Below, piece by piece: positions 1 to 12,771 of a DNA stretch of 64,000 bases (the stretch's first letter is position 1; the number at the start of each line of letters is the position of its first letter). Origin of the DNA: Camelus ferus. Taxonomy: Eukaryota. The stretch lies in the NCBI RefSeq assembly GCF_009834535.1, contig NC_045697.1:65970001-66034000 (forward strand). The letters run 5' to 3'. The notes beneath the pieces were generated by a model, which saw only the letters and a list, made by a program, of their open reading frames with translations, was not told where the DNA came from and did no database searches. Position numbers and translations under genes: made by a program.

Positions 1-1848
1 TCAAAGGAATGTTTAAAAGAACCAGACAGAACCTTTAAATCAACACAATTGAGTTATCTTCCCCCAAAGGAAGCTCCATGGGAGAAATCATAGCAGGGTT
101 TTTCAAGAGGTATTACTATTTACCATAAGTTATATTTAATACACTTTTAAACATGGTTTGTAATCTTTCTCCACTTTTTAGAACACAGAGCAATAAATTA
201 AAAGAGAAAGAGTCCCCAAAGAGCAAGAGACTAGGAGAAAAAAAAAATGACAATACTTTTATTCTTCAGGGTTTAACATTTCAAATGATTTTTCCAGCTG
301 AAAAGGCTGTCTGGGATCTCTCCTTTCCTGATTTCAATAAGATTCTTTAAATCTGAACTTGAAGGAATAGTAGTAAAGTTTTAATATTTATACTTATAAA
401 ATTAATTCTAATTTTCATTAAAATTCTTCTTAAAATAGCAGTATTAATCATAACACTTAGAAAAATAATAAGAAATTCTCTTTAGCACCTCCAATGTAGA
501 AGTAAGCAATTTTATTCTGCTTTCTTACAACTGACATAAACATTTGAGAGGGTGAGTTTCTTATCCAGGCCACATCAAAAACGGTAGTAAAATTTACTGT
601 GGAGTAATGCTATTCATTGTTGGCAATTCTTAGACATTTTCTTGGCAGTTTACTGTTTCCACATACATTTCTATTTTATATTTATATAATAATGTGTTTA
701 GTTTAATAAAGTTGATACAAGATATTTTCTATGTATAAAAAGATGTTACTTTTCTACATGTATAGCACACATTTTATTGTTATAAACTTTAGTCTAAATT
801 CATGCGTTTGTATTTCCCATAAAGATAAAGGGAACAAGTGAGTATTACCAGAAGTCCTCATCATCTATTAATATCTGACATTTGCACACAAAGTCATACA
901 TTTTTATATGACACTAATAGAACTGCTCTTCCAATTCTTTCAAATATTTTTTACCTTTTGTTTAGCATTTTTGTTTTGGCTTAAGTAATCCTGATTTATA
1001 TCAGAGACATATATGCAAAAAGGCTCTAAATTCTAGATAATTTGTATCTATAATGGCTTCTCAGTACATGAATTTTTTAGTGCTGAAAACACACCCACAA
1101 CAGGTGCATGAAACTGCCTGTAACACATGGCAGATGGGAAAGTACTAAGGTTTGTCCCTTTTGATATAGAATGGTTTTACTGGCATCACACTGTAAGATT
1201 TTATAATAAATCAGATTGTATATGGATTTATACTTATGTATCTGATGTTAGAAAATATTTAATTCATGTTTATAATGCTTTTAATTTTATAACCAGCTTC
1301 CTAAATTTCTTTTCAATTGACCTTTATGTCAAGACTATTTCATTTGAAATTGCCCATTACCAGATTTTCTTTTTCAGGTACTTGAGTTGTATCGCTCTGT
1401 TTCTTTTCTGAGGCATGTTCTTTTTTTAAAGCCCATCAAACTTCTCCATACTAATATTGGGAATTTAAAGGCAAAATTCTGAACCATATTTGTTATAATC
1501 TTGCCTGGGTAGTAGAAACTAATTTCATCAGTTTTTATATACCCTGGGTAAGTTTTTCTGGAGTTCCATTATTTGAAACAACTGCTGTCAATGTGATAGA
1601 ATTTTCATATTTTATATTGATGTGATTAGGATATGTATTCCCAACATGTGTCAACAGGTTTATAAAGGTTAGCTTGCTTATAATTATCAAACCTGCTCCA
1701 TTCAGATCACAACTAGGAATTCACATTTCCCCCCATTCATTCAACCAATTCTATCACTAAGATCCAATGTCCAACAAGAAGTTTTACGTCCTACGCAGTT
1801 CCAATGTCATAAAAACAACCACACTGACATTTGTTCACTGCCTGATAT

Positions 1849-2063
1849 CAGCACAGTGGTTAAAAGAATAGATACTCTGAAGTCAAACCTGACTTTGAAA
1901 TTCTGCTCAACTACTTAATAGTTATGTGACCGTGCCTCAGTTTCCCTTCTACATAGAGATAACAACAATATTTATAGGTTTCTGTAAGAATTAAATCAGA
2001 TTTTGCTTATAAAATGCCTAGCACTATGGCATATAGTATGTCTTCAGGAGATTCTAGCTATTC
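1849..2063 (+). mobile_element. MIR SINE
   Basis: cagcacagtggttaaaag head, core tgtgaccgtgcctcagtttccc, and 3' aatgcctagcact..gctatt. Confidence 0.8.
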
Positions 2064-3509
2064 TTACTGAAAAAACTGTGTTCAGAAATGCTCTGACACA
2101 TTCCCATTAGTGCCATGAGTTTTATAAAGTTTACCCAACCATGGAACCTACTGGCTGTGATAAAACAAAATAAGAATGTTGACTCTTGTGCAGAGATTAT
2201 AGAACCAACACCTGTTGCTAACAGTAGTGGGACTCATACCAAATATCAATGAATGAGTAACCACCCTAAACAGCTATCACAGTCATAAGGCAGTTGGTTC
2301 TACAGTCTAGACCTGTTTAAGAACTGAACCAAGTCACCTGCTGACTATAACAGCCATTTAGAGCAGCGATATAAAATTTAATGCTAGTGATTATCTCTTA
2401 TGATATAACATCACGTGTATATTGCCTTCCAAGTCTTGCTAAAAGGACATTTTAGAAATGATACTCGGAAGTGCTGCAGCAATGGGGCAGAAGCACCAGC
2501 CATTTTCACTAAGTCATGGCCTGTAAAAAAAGGAACAACTGCATTTCGATGGCATCTAGCTCATCAGTATTTTTAATTAAGGTAGAGAGGAAAATATAAC
2601 TATTGTCAGAAAGAGACAATTCATGGCAAACTTGGACTAACAGAAATTTTGAAAAAATAGGTCATACTCTTTCAACACTGAAGCTTAAAAAAATTACAAT
2701 AAATGTCTTACAAAGGTTTTACTAATTTTATTTCAATATTTAGTATTGACCAACTTTATGCTTGAATTTTATTTGGGAATATTGCTTCTTCTCGACAGGT
2801 ATGTCCCTTTTTGTCCTTAACCACTTCCTAGAAAGTGGCAAAAGTAAACCATCCTTTCACTATTTCCTGGTTGACTCCCATAGCTTCAGAGAAGAAATTC
2901 TTCTACTGAAGTAGACTTTTGACAATCAAATTAAGAGCTTCAGACAGAAAAAAAGTAGTGTGTATTTGAAAGTCAAATTGGACCTAAAAAGTTGGTGAAA
3001 TAGCCCTGAAAGAACCCCGTTCACCGTCTGCACATTTGCAACATTCGAGGATGGGCTCCAAGAGTCCTGTTTTGCTATATGCCACTCCTGTGGCCCATGC
3101 GAGGCATACTCCTGTGATGAGGGTGTCATTACTTCTAAATGTGGTCATGTCTCTGTGTGCTAGCCATTAACGGACAGTACCATAAACCAAATCAGTAATT
3201 TCACATTACCACTTGAAAATCAAGCTTCCTAGTGGTGATTATACCATAACAATAAAATAAATCTAGGGTGCTAGAGCTGAACTCTTCCTCTTATATTGCT
3301 TTTCAAAGTGTTAAACAAAATAAGCAAAAAAGCTAAAAGCATTCTAAATTACCTGTACATTTATTTTTAAATATTTTTATATTAAAGCTTTATATCTTTT
3401 CTGAACATTCAGAATAATAAAGTTAAGTTGATTTAATGATATCACAGCTCAATTAAGTAAAGTCTCAGGATATCTTCCATCTTATAAGTTTATTAAAAAT
3501 AGCTCTCTT

Positions 3510-4835
3510 GGTATACCCAGCACTAGACCCAGATTTTGGTCTCTAATACCATTTTGCACTAAAAGAAATCAGGGCTCCACGGAGAAATGGCTGAGTCCAG
3601 AGCTGGCACAGGAAATATACAAGAAGAGCCTAGAACAGCTTGTGAGGCAAGAAGTAAGGATGCGCTAAAATAAAATAAATAATGGAGTATGTTACAAAGG
3701 CTAGAGAGATAACTTGAAGGTATTCCACTAGTCGAATGAAGGACAACTTGAACATAAAATAATTAAGTACACTAATGAATTATAAGCAATTCCAAAAAAT
3801 TGGAAATCATGATTCATATCAATAATAAATAGGTAAGAAGGAGAGAAAGGAGTACTCTTGATTCTATTAAAATGTTAAACACCAACTGATAAATGAGGAA
3901 GGAGTGCAGGAGTTGGAAAAAAATCAGCATTAGGTAGTCATAGTAAAGACTGGATCAGGCAAGAATCATCAATAGATAATATATATGGGGAGAAATTTTG
4001 ATGAAGAGCACATTATTTGCATAATCTTAAAGGGTCTCACCATAGATTGCTTATTAGTTCCAAGGGGAAAATGATAATTATACAGTGGAGAAATGAGACA
4101 ATACATTGATTGGGTGATCAAAATTAACATTACCAGTGAGGAGTATATAGACATCATATGCCTTTAGATGCGATACCCTGAGAAGGCCATAACATCACCT
4201 ATGGAGCATTCTGAGCAAAAAGACTTAGAGAATCCAAGCATAAGTTAATATTAGACAAATGCCAAATGAGGAACAAACATTCTTTAAAAAATAAAAGATG
4301 GGAGATCGTAGTCTTCAAAAATGTCAGTAGCATAAAAAAAAAAAAAACAAAGCAAGGTTATGGAAATATTCTGGATTTTAAAAGACTACAAATACATCAC
4401 AACTAAATGCAATACCACATTCTAGAGCAGATCCTCACCTGGAGAGGGAAAAGGTATTTTATCAGTTTCTAAAACTGAAATTATAAGGATGGTAGGTTGG
4501 ATAAAGGCATTCCAACAATCTTAAATTTACTGAAGTTGTTAACTGAACTGCAATTATGTAACAGAATGTCTCTGTTCTTAAGAAATACCCACAGAAATAT
4601 TAAGGAGTAAAGGACCATGGTACATATAACTACTATAAAATTCTTCAAAATTTATGTGTATGCATGTGCAGAAAGATGGTGAGAGAGAATTTGAGCCAAC
4701 GATTAATCAAATGAGGTAAAATAATGATGAGTGAATCTGAGTAACATGTATCAGAATGTTATTTGAACTATACTTATTCTTGCAACTTTTCTGAAAGCTT
4801 GAAATTATTTCCAAATAGAAAGTTTAAAAAAAAAT
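3510..4835 (+). mobile_element. L1MC-type (L1MC4/5-like) LINE-1 3' UTR
   Basis: cccagattttggtctctaataccatt..cagggctcc..gagaaatggctga motif; ends ttcttgcaacttttctg..gaaattatttccaaatagaaagtttaaaaaaaa. Confidence 0.8.
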
Positions 4836-6394
4836 AACTCTGCTGAAGCAGCATATACAAAAAGAAAAACATTGCTTTTCCCACTGGCAAATTTACTCTA
4901 GAATGTAATGGAGTATGCCAAAAGCCATTATCCCGAAAACTAGGAATTATTGTGTGGCCACATCTCAGGTTGAACCTGATTCCGGTTAATGTAGCAGGCA
5001 GTCTTGGTAGTTAACTAAACTGTCTTCAAATCAAAGGCAATGTAGTACAGGTCACGGGATTGGGTTAACTGTAAAAAGCCTCATTCTTAAGTCCCTAGGT
5101 GATACCTGACACACTCAAGCACTAACTTTGTAAGCTTGGGTACACAAGATAAGCAAAAAATCACACAGTGGTTCCTTTGCATTTGGCCCAGCAGCCAAGT
5201 TTAAAAGGACAAACAGGCTGTACTGCATAGAAGGTGAAATGCTTAAATGTCAGAGAAGCATTGTTAGGACCTATCTGTATGCACAGAAACTATCATGTGT
5301 TCCAAAAAGAAGAGAGTACATTTCATGAAGGGAAATGAGAATAAAAGAGTGTATCCTGTTTTACCATTCCCAGAAGACACCAAAAAAAAAAAAAAAAAAA
5401 CTTTTAACAATTTAAATGTCATTGACTTTACTGACCCATGATTGTGTCAATCTCAAAACCCAGGGAAAATATACAAAGTGTTTACATATTTCTCAGCGAG
5501 GGCACAACAAGGAAGCCAATCGGCATTAGTCTTCACTTTTAAAGGTGGCATCTACTTTCTAATAAATTTCAGTACATCATTAAGAGCTATAAATCTTGAC
5601 TGATTCTTTTGTCTTATATGCTCTTCCCTACAGGCTTTTATGAAAGACTGGTGAAAGATCTATTTTGTCTAAAAACACATTAGCTAAATAAAGCTTTGTT
5701 TTTTGCTTGCTTACAGATAATTTTTTGGCTTTTATTCATCTTTTACAGTATATTTCCTGCCGAAAAGGAATTATTTAGCTGAAATTATCTGTAAAATAAA
5801 TTGATTATTATACAGTGATGAATAATTTATTTTTGTCTTTTTCACAATAAATTGTGATTCTTTGGATGAGATTGATAAGCTGTTCAAACTCAAGTGGAAT
5901 TAATAGGGAGAAGTTTTAAATAACTGAGAGTTGAAGTTGTCAGAAATAGGATGAAGAATACTGACATTCAGAGGAGAGGAGTTCCCTGGTTTGCTTGGAT
6001 TGGGTGGCTCAGTACTTTGACAAACTCTTACGTACCCCTTTGTACCAGTTCTGTGTCATTTCTGAAGTATTTCTCACTTATAAAGCTCTTTGTTCAAAAC
6101 GGCAGGCTTCTTTCTATATTATCTTACGTGTTTGTTTGTTTTTAATGAGTGAGGAGATGGCAGTTTGATTAATTCAATGAGCAGAGATGAAAGACAAGAA
6201 AAGTTAAGGTCTTAAATTGTAATCTTCTCTATTAAAAATAGGTGGGGGGGGGGGAGTTCCTGTAGGGAGTATCTCTTCATTTCTTTAGATTTGTTTACTC
6301 TTATTTAAAACTTATGAAACATAAAGAATTAAATTGTTAAAAGAGACAAACTATTCACATGAGTTTCACTTCAATAATAAGCAAATCCTAGGGA

Positions 6395-6590
6395 ATATGG
6401 ATCTCTGAGTCAGAACACCCACCTTTGTAGTTAGGTTTCCCTGGGCAAGTTACCTTGCCTCATTAAGTCCCAGGTTCTCAGTTTGTAAAGTGGCGATAAA
6501 GAAGTACTTGCCTCATATGTTTCTGAAAAAACTAATTGGGATAATTAATAGGGCCTGGTAAATAGTAAGTGTGAACAGACGTTAGTTATT
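6395..6590 (+). mobile_element. MIR SINE
   Basis: ctctgagtcaga..ctgggcaagttacc..gttctcagtttgtaaagtggcgataa core. Confidence 0.7.
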
Positions 6591-6879
6591 GATGTTTTCG
6601 CATCAGTTATATGAAAAGCATTCTGTTGACCATCCATCAGTCATGGTGATAAATCTGCTTACGCAAACTGAACTGTCCTTTCAAGACCCCTTGTCCCATA
6701 ATTGTGTCCTCATTTTTCCCAGGTGCTATTGCAGAGTCTCTAATACCTTTGAGGATTACAAGTTTACAGGTCTGGTTCTTCCTACCAGGATAACAAGCTC
6801 CTTCAGTGCAGAGATGATGTCTGTTTTGGCTTCGGACCTTAGAACAGAGGCCAGCCTGCATTCAACCCAGAACTTGTTA

Positions 6880-7140
6880 CTGTTTACTAGGCACTTACCA
6901 GTGCTAGGCCCTGCCAAGCGCCTAACCTGTGCTATCTCAAGCTTAAATGACTGTTATCTCATTCTGACTCTATGAGGTGGGGAGCATTACAGTATGACCT
7001 TAATTTACAGATGAGGAAACTGAGACAATGAGAAGTTGAAAATTAGATGAAGGTCACATAGTAAAAAGTGAAGCAGCTGATCTGATGCTAGGGTGTCTTT
7101 CCAGAGAGCCTGAACACTTACCATCTTGCAAACTGCCTCT
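6880..7140 (-). mobile_element. MIR SINE
   Basis: reverse-strand core tttacagatgaggaaactgagaca..aaggtcaca; tttactaggcacttacc..gtgctagg. Confidence 0.85.
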
Positions 7141-7407
7141 TAGGGAATGTACAATATATATATTCAGACATACTCTTCTTCTTAGACAAATGATAAGATC
7201 TTAGGTAAACGGTATGTTATAACCAGCAAACCGTGTGAAACCTGGACATATGTTTGTACTTTGTTCTAAGCAGAATAAGACAAAAGAATGCTCTTCCAAC
7301 TAGATTAAGTAGAGAGTATTTCTTAATCCTAAATGAGAAAATTGAGTCCCAGGAGTGAAGCTACCTATGTAAAATCATTCATTTGATTCTAGTTAACCAT
7401 CTCCTAG

Positions 7408-7565
7408 TCCAGGAATTCTCAAACTTTAACATGCATCAGAATTATATAGAGGACTTGTTAAAACACAGATATGGAAACCCCATCCCCAGAGTTTCTTATT
7501 CAGTATGTCTGGGATATTTGAATTTCTAATAATGCTAATCTGGAGACTACTCTGAAAAGTTCTGT
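7408..7565. mobile_element. MER5A-like hAT-Charlie MITE
   Basis: ttctcaaactttaacatgcatcagaat..cttgttaaaacacagat..ccccagagtttcttattcagta pattern. Confidence 0.75.
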
Positions 7566-8577
7566 CCTAGTACAAAGCTCAACTTCCAGTCCTATACTAT
7601 GTGCCTTCACAATCCCTTGGCTCATTACCTGAAGTCACATGATATTTGTAAATTGTTTTCTTATGCAGTTATGCAGCCTGGCACCACAGGTACCTGATCA
7701 TGATTTCTATTTATAAATTTGGGAAATGGCATTTCAAGGATTGACGTCAGTATCACGGTGGAATGAGATGCTCCCTTGTCTCTCCCCTTCAATCTACAAC
7801 TAATAAAACATCCATAATTCAACAAAGGTTCGTTCCTCTGCCCAACATACCAGCACACAGAAAGAGCCACACATCTGTACATTTGAACTGTCGGGTGAGG
7901 GGGAGGGACTGGAACACACAGAGGAGGTGAAAATGGGGGAACTGAGGAGCATGCTGTAGTGGCTGAGCCCACAGTCCCAGAGAACCTAGTAGCACCAAGA
8001 AAGGTAGTGCATGTGACTCCAGCCTCCCTGCTACAGCAGCACCTTCAGCCTCCAGGCAGCACTGGTGGCAGGACTCATCTCTCCAGTCACAGCAGCAGCC
8101 ACAGCTCCAGCCTCCTGGCCCTCACCTACAGTGGTAACACCCACAAATGTGATAATCTCAGATGTGGCAGAGATCCCCACAGCCCTGCCTCCCCACCCTA
8201 CCCTCCACAACCCTCCACCATGGGGGGGGGGGTGCCCAGGGCCCAGGCAACCCCAGATGTCACAAGGCACCCACTATCCCAGTGTCCCAGGTGTCAACAA
8301 CAGCAATAGCAGCAACACCAGCAGCACCAAGGCACCAGCTACCTTGGAGGCACAAGTAGCAACAACAAGGGCACCACAACCTCCAGCAGATATGGTGCTG
8401 GGTGAGAAGTGCCAATTCTTAGATATAGCCAGAGGTAGCACAGGTAGGGGAAAAAAACTTGTGCTATAGTGCCACCTACTGAAAAAAGAAAGTCCTCTAA
8501 TTACCAATCTGCTGAATTGTTAGAATCTCAAATGAAAAAAAGTTCTACCTAAATAAGAAAGATGTTCACTACTTCAA

Positions 8578-9570
8578 ATGTGCCAGCAGAGGAACAACTC
8601 ATCAAGCACCATGAAAAACCGTGACAACACAAAAAATAACAATTTTCCAGAAACCAAACTTAAAGTCACAGAATAAATGATCTAGCTGACAAAGAATTCA
8701 AAACAGCTGTAATGGAGAAACTCAACTGAGCTACAAGAAAACTCAGAAAGCCAGTTCAATGAGTTCAGGAATAAAATTAATGAATAGAAGAAATACTTTA
8801 TTAAAGAGATTGAAACTCTAAAAAAGAACCAAACAGAAATTCTGAAACTAAAGAACTCAATAAATGAGATGAAAAATGCATTAGAAATCATTCAAAATGG
8901 AGCAGACCATTTGGAAGAGAGAATCAGTGTGCTCAAAGATAGAAATCTAGAAATGATTCAGGTAGAAGAGGAAAGAAAACTAAGATATTTAAAAAATGAA
9001 GAATTTCTACAAGAACTGTCTGACTCCATTAGGAAAGGCAACACAAGGATAATGGTTATTCCAGAAGAAGAAGAGAGGGAGAAGGGAGCAGAAAGTTTAC
9101 TTAAAGAAATAATAGCTGAAAACTTTCCAAACCTGGAGAAGAAACCTGATACACAAGTTTACAAAACTAAAAGAACACCTAATTATCTCAACACAAAAAG
9201 AACTTCTCTAAGACCCATTATGTTAAAACTGTCAAAAGTCAATGATAAAGAAAGAATTTTAAAGGCAGCCAGGGGAAAAAGTCAGCAGTCTAAAAAGTAA
9301 CCTACATTAAGCTATAAGCAAATTTCTTAGCAGAAACTCTACAGGCCAAGAGAGAGTGGAATGATAAACTCCAAATATTGAAAAATAAAAAGTGTCAGAC
9401 AAGAATACTCTATCCAGCAAAATTATCCTTCAGATATGAAGGAGAAATAAAGGGCTTCCCAGAGAAACAAAAACTGAGGGAGTTCATTACTACTAGACTG
9501 CCTTACAAGAATTGTTGAAAGGAGATCTTCTACTCAAAATAAAAAGGCAAAAATACACAAAATCTTGAGT
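8578..9570 (+). pseudogene. L1 ORF1p remnant (frameshifted)
   Basis: ORF 8869-9300 gives ELSDSIRKGNTRIMVIPEEEEREKGAESLLKEIIAENFPNL..KERILKAAR, typical of ORF1p coiled-coil/RRM; downstream ctctatccagcaaaattatccttcaga (LYPAKLSF) is out of frame. Confidence 0.9.
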
Positions 9571-10849
9571 AAGATGATAAATAGAATCAGATATTGCAAC
9601 TCTATATAAGAATAGCTTTTTAAACATTAGTTACAGCATAGGGGCTAAAGGAAAAAAAGCAAAAATAACTATAGCTACTTCAATTAGGTAACAAACCCAC
9701 AACATAAAAAAGGGATAAACTGAGGTGACAAATACATAAAAAAAGAAAAAGAAAAGGATGAAACTCATATAGACAAATGGAGATAAGATGCTATGAGCAG
9801 AAAAAGGACTATTTTATCTATGAAACCTTTTATAAAAACCTCATGGTAACCACAAAACGTAAATGTAGAGCAGAGACACAAAACATAAAAAAAGAAAACT
9901 GAGAAAAACATCATGGAAAACCACCAAACTAAAATGGCAGACAGAAACAGATGGAAAAACCAACAATGGAGATACAGAGCAACCAGAAACAAAGGCTAAA
10001 AGGCAGTACTAAGTCCTCATTTATTAGTAATTACCCTAAATGTAAATGGATTGAATACACTGGTCAAAAGACACACAGAGACTGGATTGATCAAAAAAGA
10101 AGACCCAACTACATGCTGCCTCTGGGAGACTCAGCTCTAAAGACAAACATAGGCTCAAAGTGAAGGAATGGAAGATGAAACTCCAAACAAATGACAGCCA
10201 AAAGAAAGTGGGTACAGCCATACCAGACAAAACAGACTTCAAGAAAAAGGTAGCAAGGGACAAAGACTGACATTATATAATGAAAAGGGGATCATTCATC
10301 AAGAAGCCATAACACTTATTAATATATATACACCTAATACAGAAGCACCAAAATACATAAAGCAATTATTAACAGACCTAAAACAAGAAATTGACAGCAA
10401 CACAATAATAGCAGGGGACTTTAACATCCTCATTTACATTTACATGGATAGATTATTGAGACAGAAGGTCAACAAAGAAACCATGGCCTTCAATGAAACA
10501 TTAAACCATAGAAGTAAAACTGTCACAATTTTGAGATAACATGATTTTACATATAGAAAACCTTGAAGATTTTACACACACACACACCCCTTATTAGAAC
10601 TAAGAAAGAAATTTAGTAAAGTTGCAGGGTACAAAATCAATACGCAAAAATCTGCCATATTTCTACACACTAAAGATGAGCTAGTGGTAAGAAAAATTAA
10701 GAAAACAACCTTATTTATAATCACAACAAAAAGGATTAAAATATTTAGTAATAAATTTAATCAAGGAAGTGAAAGACTTATACACTGCAAACTGTAAGAA
10801 ATTACTGAAAAAAATTAGAGAAGACACAAAGAAGTCAAAAGATATTCTG

Positions 10850-11309
10850 AAATATTACTTAACCATAAAGAAGAATGAAATAATGCCATTTGCAGCGACA
10901 TGGATGGACATACAGATTATCACACTAAGTGAAGCAAGTCAGAGAGAAAAAGACAAATACCGTATGATATCACTTACATGTACAATCTAAAAAAGGATAC
11001 AAATAAAATCATCTACAAAACAGAACAGATTCACAAACACAGAAAAGAAACTTATGTTTACCAAAAAGGAAAAGAAAGGGAGGGATAAATTTGGAATTTG
11101 GGATTAACAGATACAGACTACTATATATAAAATAGATAAACAACAAGGACCTATTGTACAGCACAAGGAACTATATTTGATATCTTGTAATAACCTATAA
11201 TGAAAAAGAATCTGAGAAAGAATAGCAATATATATATGTGTATAAATGAATCACTTTGCTGTACACTTGAAACATTGTAAATCAATTATATGTCAATAAA
11301 AAATATTTT
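10850..11309 (+). mobile_element. Nested 5'-truncated cetartiodactyl L1 (ORF2 end plus 3'UTR)
   Basis: KKNEIMPFAATWMD..EKDKYRMISL followed by artiodactyl-type 3'UTR (gataaacaacaaggacctattgtacagcac); TSD aagatattctg 10839-10849 / aagatagtctg 11310-11320. Confidence 0.9.
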
Positions 11310-11416
11310 AAGATAGTCTGTGCTCATGGATTGAAAGAATTAACATTGTCAAAAATGTCCATATTACCTAAAGCAATTACCGTTTCAATGTGATCCCTAT
11401 CAAAATCCCAATGACA

Positions 11417-11534
11417 GGAGGTAGGATATAGCTGAGTGGTAGAGTGCATGCCTAGCATGCATGAGGTCCTGGGTTCAATCCCCAGTACCTCCATTAAATG
11501 AATGAATGAATGAATGAATGAATGAATGAATGAA

Positions 11535-11577
<43 letters not shown>

Positions 11578-11609
11578 ATCTGATTACTTCCCCCATCTTC
11601 CCCCCCAAA
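11417..11609 (+). mobile_element. tRNA-derived camelid SINE (Vic-like) nested in L1 ORF2
   Basis: A box tagctgagtggtaga, B box gggttcaatccc, (TGAA)n(TAAA)n middle; TSD aaaatcccaatgaca 11402-11416 / aaaaccccaatgata 11610-11624. Confidence 0.9.
11498..11579. repeat. Compound (TGAA)n(TAAA)n microsatellite inside SINE
   Basis: directly visible. Confidence 0.95.
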
Positions 11610-12740
11610 AAAACCCCAATGATATTTTTCACTGAAATAGAACAAAAAAAATCCCAAAATTTGTGTGGATCTACAAAAGACTTCAAATAGCCAAAGCAAT
11701 CATGAGAAAAAAGAACAAAGTTGGAGTTATCACACTCTCTGATTTCAAATTCTACTATAAAGCTATAGTAATCAAAACTGCATGCTATTATCAGAAAAAC
11801 AGATACACAGATCAATGGAACATAATTGAAAGCCCAGAAATAAACCCACACATATACAGACAATTAATTCATGCAAATGAGCCAAGAACATACAATGGAG
11901 AAAAGACAGTCCCTTCAACAAATGGTGTTGAGAATACTGGACAGCCATGTGCTAAAGAATGGAACTGGACCACTTTCTTACACCACACACAAAAATTAAC
12001 ATAAAATGGATTAAAGACTTGAATGTAAGACCTGAAATCACAAAACTTTTAGAAGAAAACATAGGCAATACACTTTTTGACACTTAGAAATGTCTTTCTG
12101 GATATGTCTCCTCAGGCAAGGGAAACAAAAGCAAAAATCAACAAATGGGACAAAATTAAACTAAAAAGCTTCTGCATGGCAAAGGAAACCATCAACAAAA
12201 TGAAAAGACAGCCTATCATATGGTAGAAGATATTTGCGAATCGTATATTTGATAACCCCAAATATATAAAGAGCTCATATAATCAATAACAACAAAAACA
12301 ACCTTCTTAAAAAATGGGCAGAACGTCTGAATAGGCATTTTTCCAATGACATATGGATAACCAAGAAGCACATGAAAAAAAATGTTCAAGATCACTAATT
12401 TTTTGGAACTGCAAATCAAAACTAGAATGAGATATCACCCCATGCCCATTGGAATGAGTATTATCAAAAAGATGAGAAATAACAAGTGTTGGAGTGTATG
12501 TGGACAAAAGGGAACCCTCATACACTGTTCACGGGAATGTAAATATGGAAAACAGTACGGGAAAAAAAACTAAAAATAGAACTACTATATGATCCAGCTA
12601 TTCCACTTCTGCATATTTATCTAAAAAATACAAAACTAATTAGAAAAGAAACATGCATGCTTGTGTCATCGCATCATTATTTATAGTAGCCAAGATATGA
12701 GAACAACCTAAGTGCCTATAGATGGATAAATAGATAAAGA

Positions 12741-12771
<31 letters not shown>

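Noticed and set aside
6589..6975. 128-aa ORF
   Set aside because: Non-ATG start, runs from one MIR into another, no recognisable homology.
7661..8507. Cluster of overlapping 65-134 aa ORFs on both strands (Pro/Thr/Ser-rich)
   Set aside because: They lie in the GC-rich L1 5'UTR where stops are rare, have low-complexity products and no recognisable domain; there is no evidence for an ORF0-like protein.
11417..11495. tRNA gene candidates (A and B boxes), also at 15950-16020 and 49441-49515
   Set aside because: They are SINE heads with AT-rich tails and TSDs, not tRNA genes.
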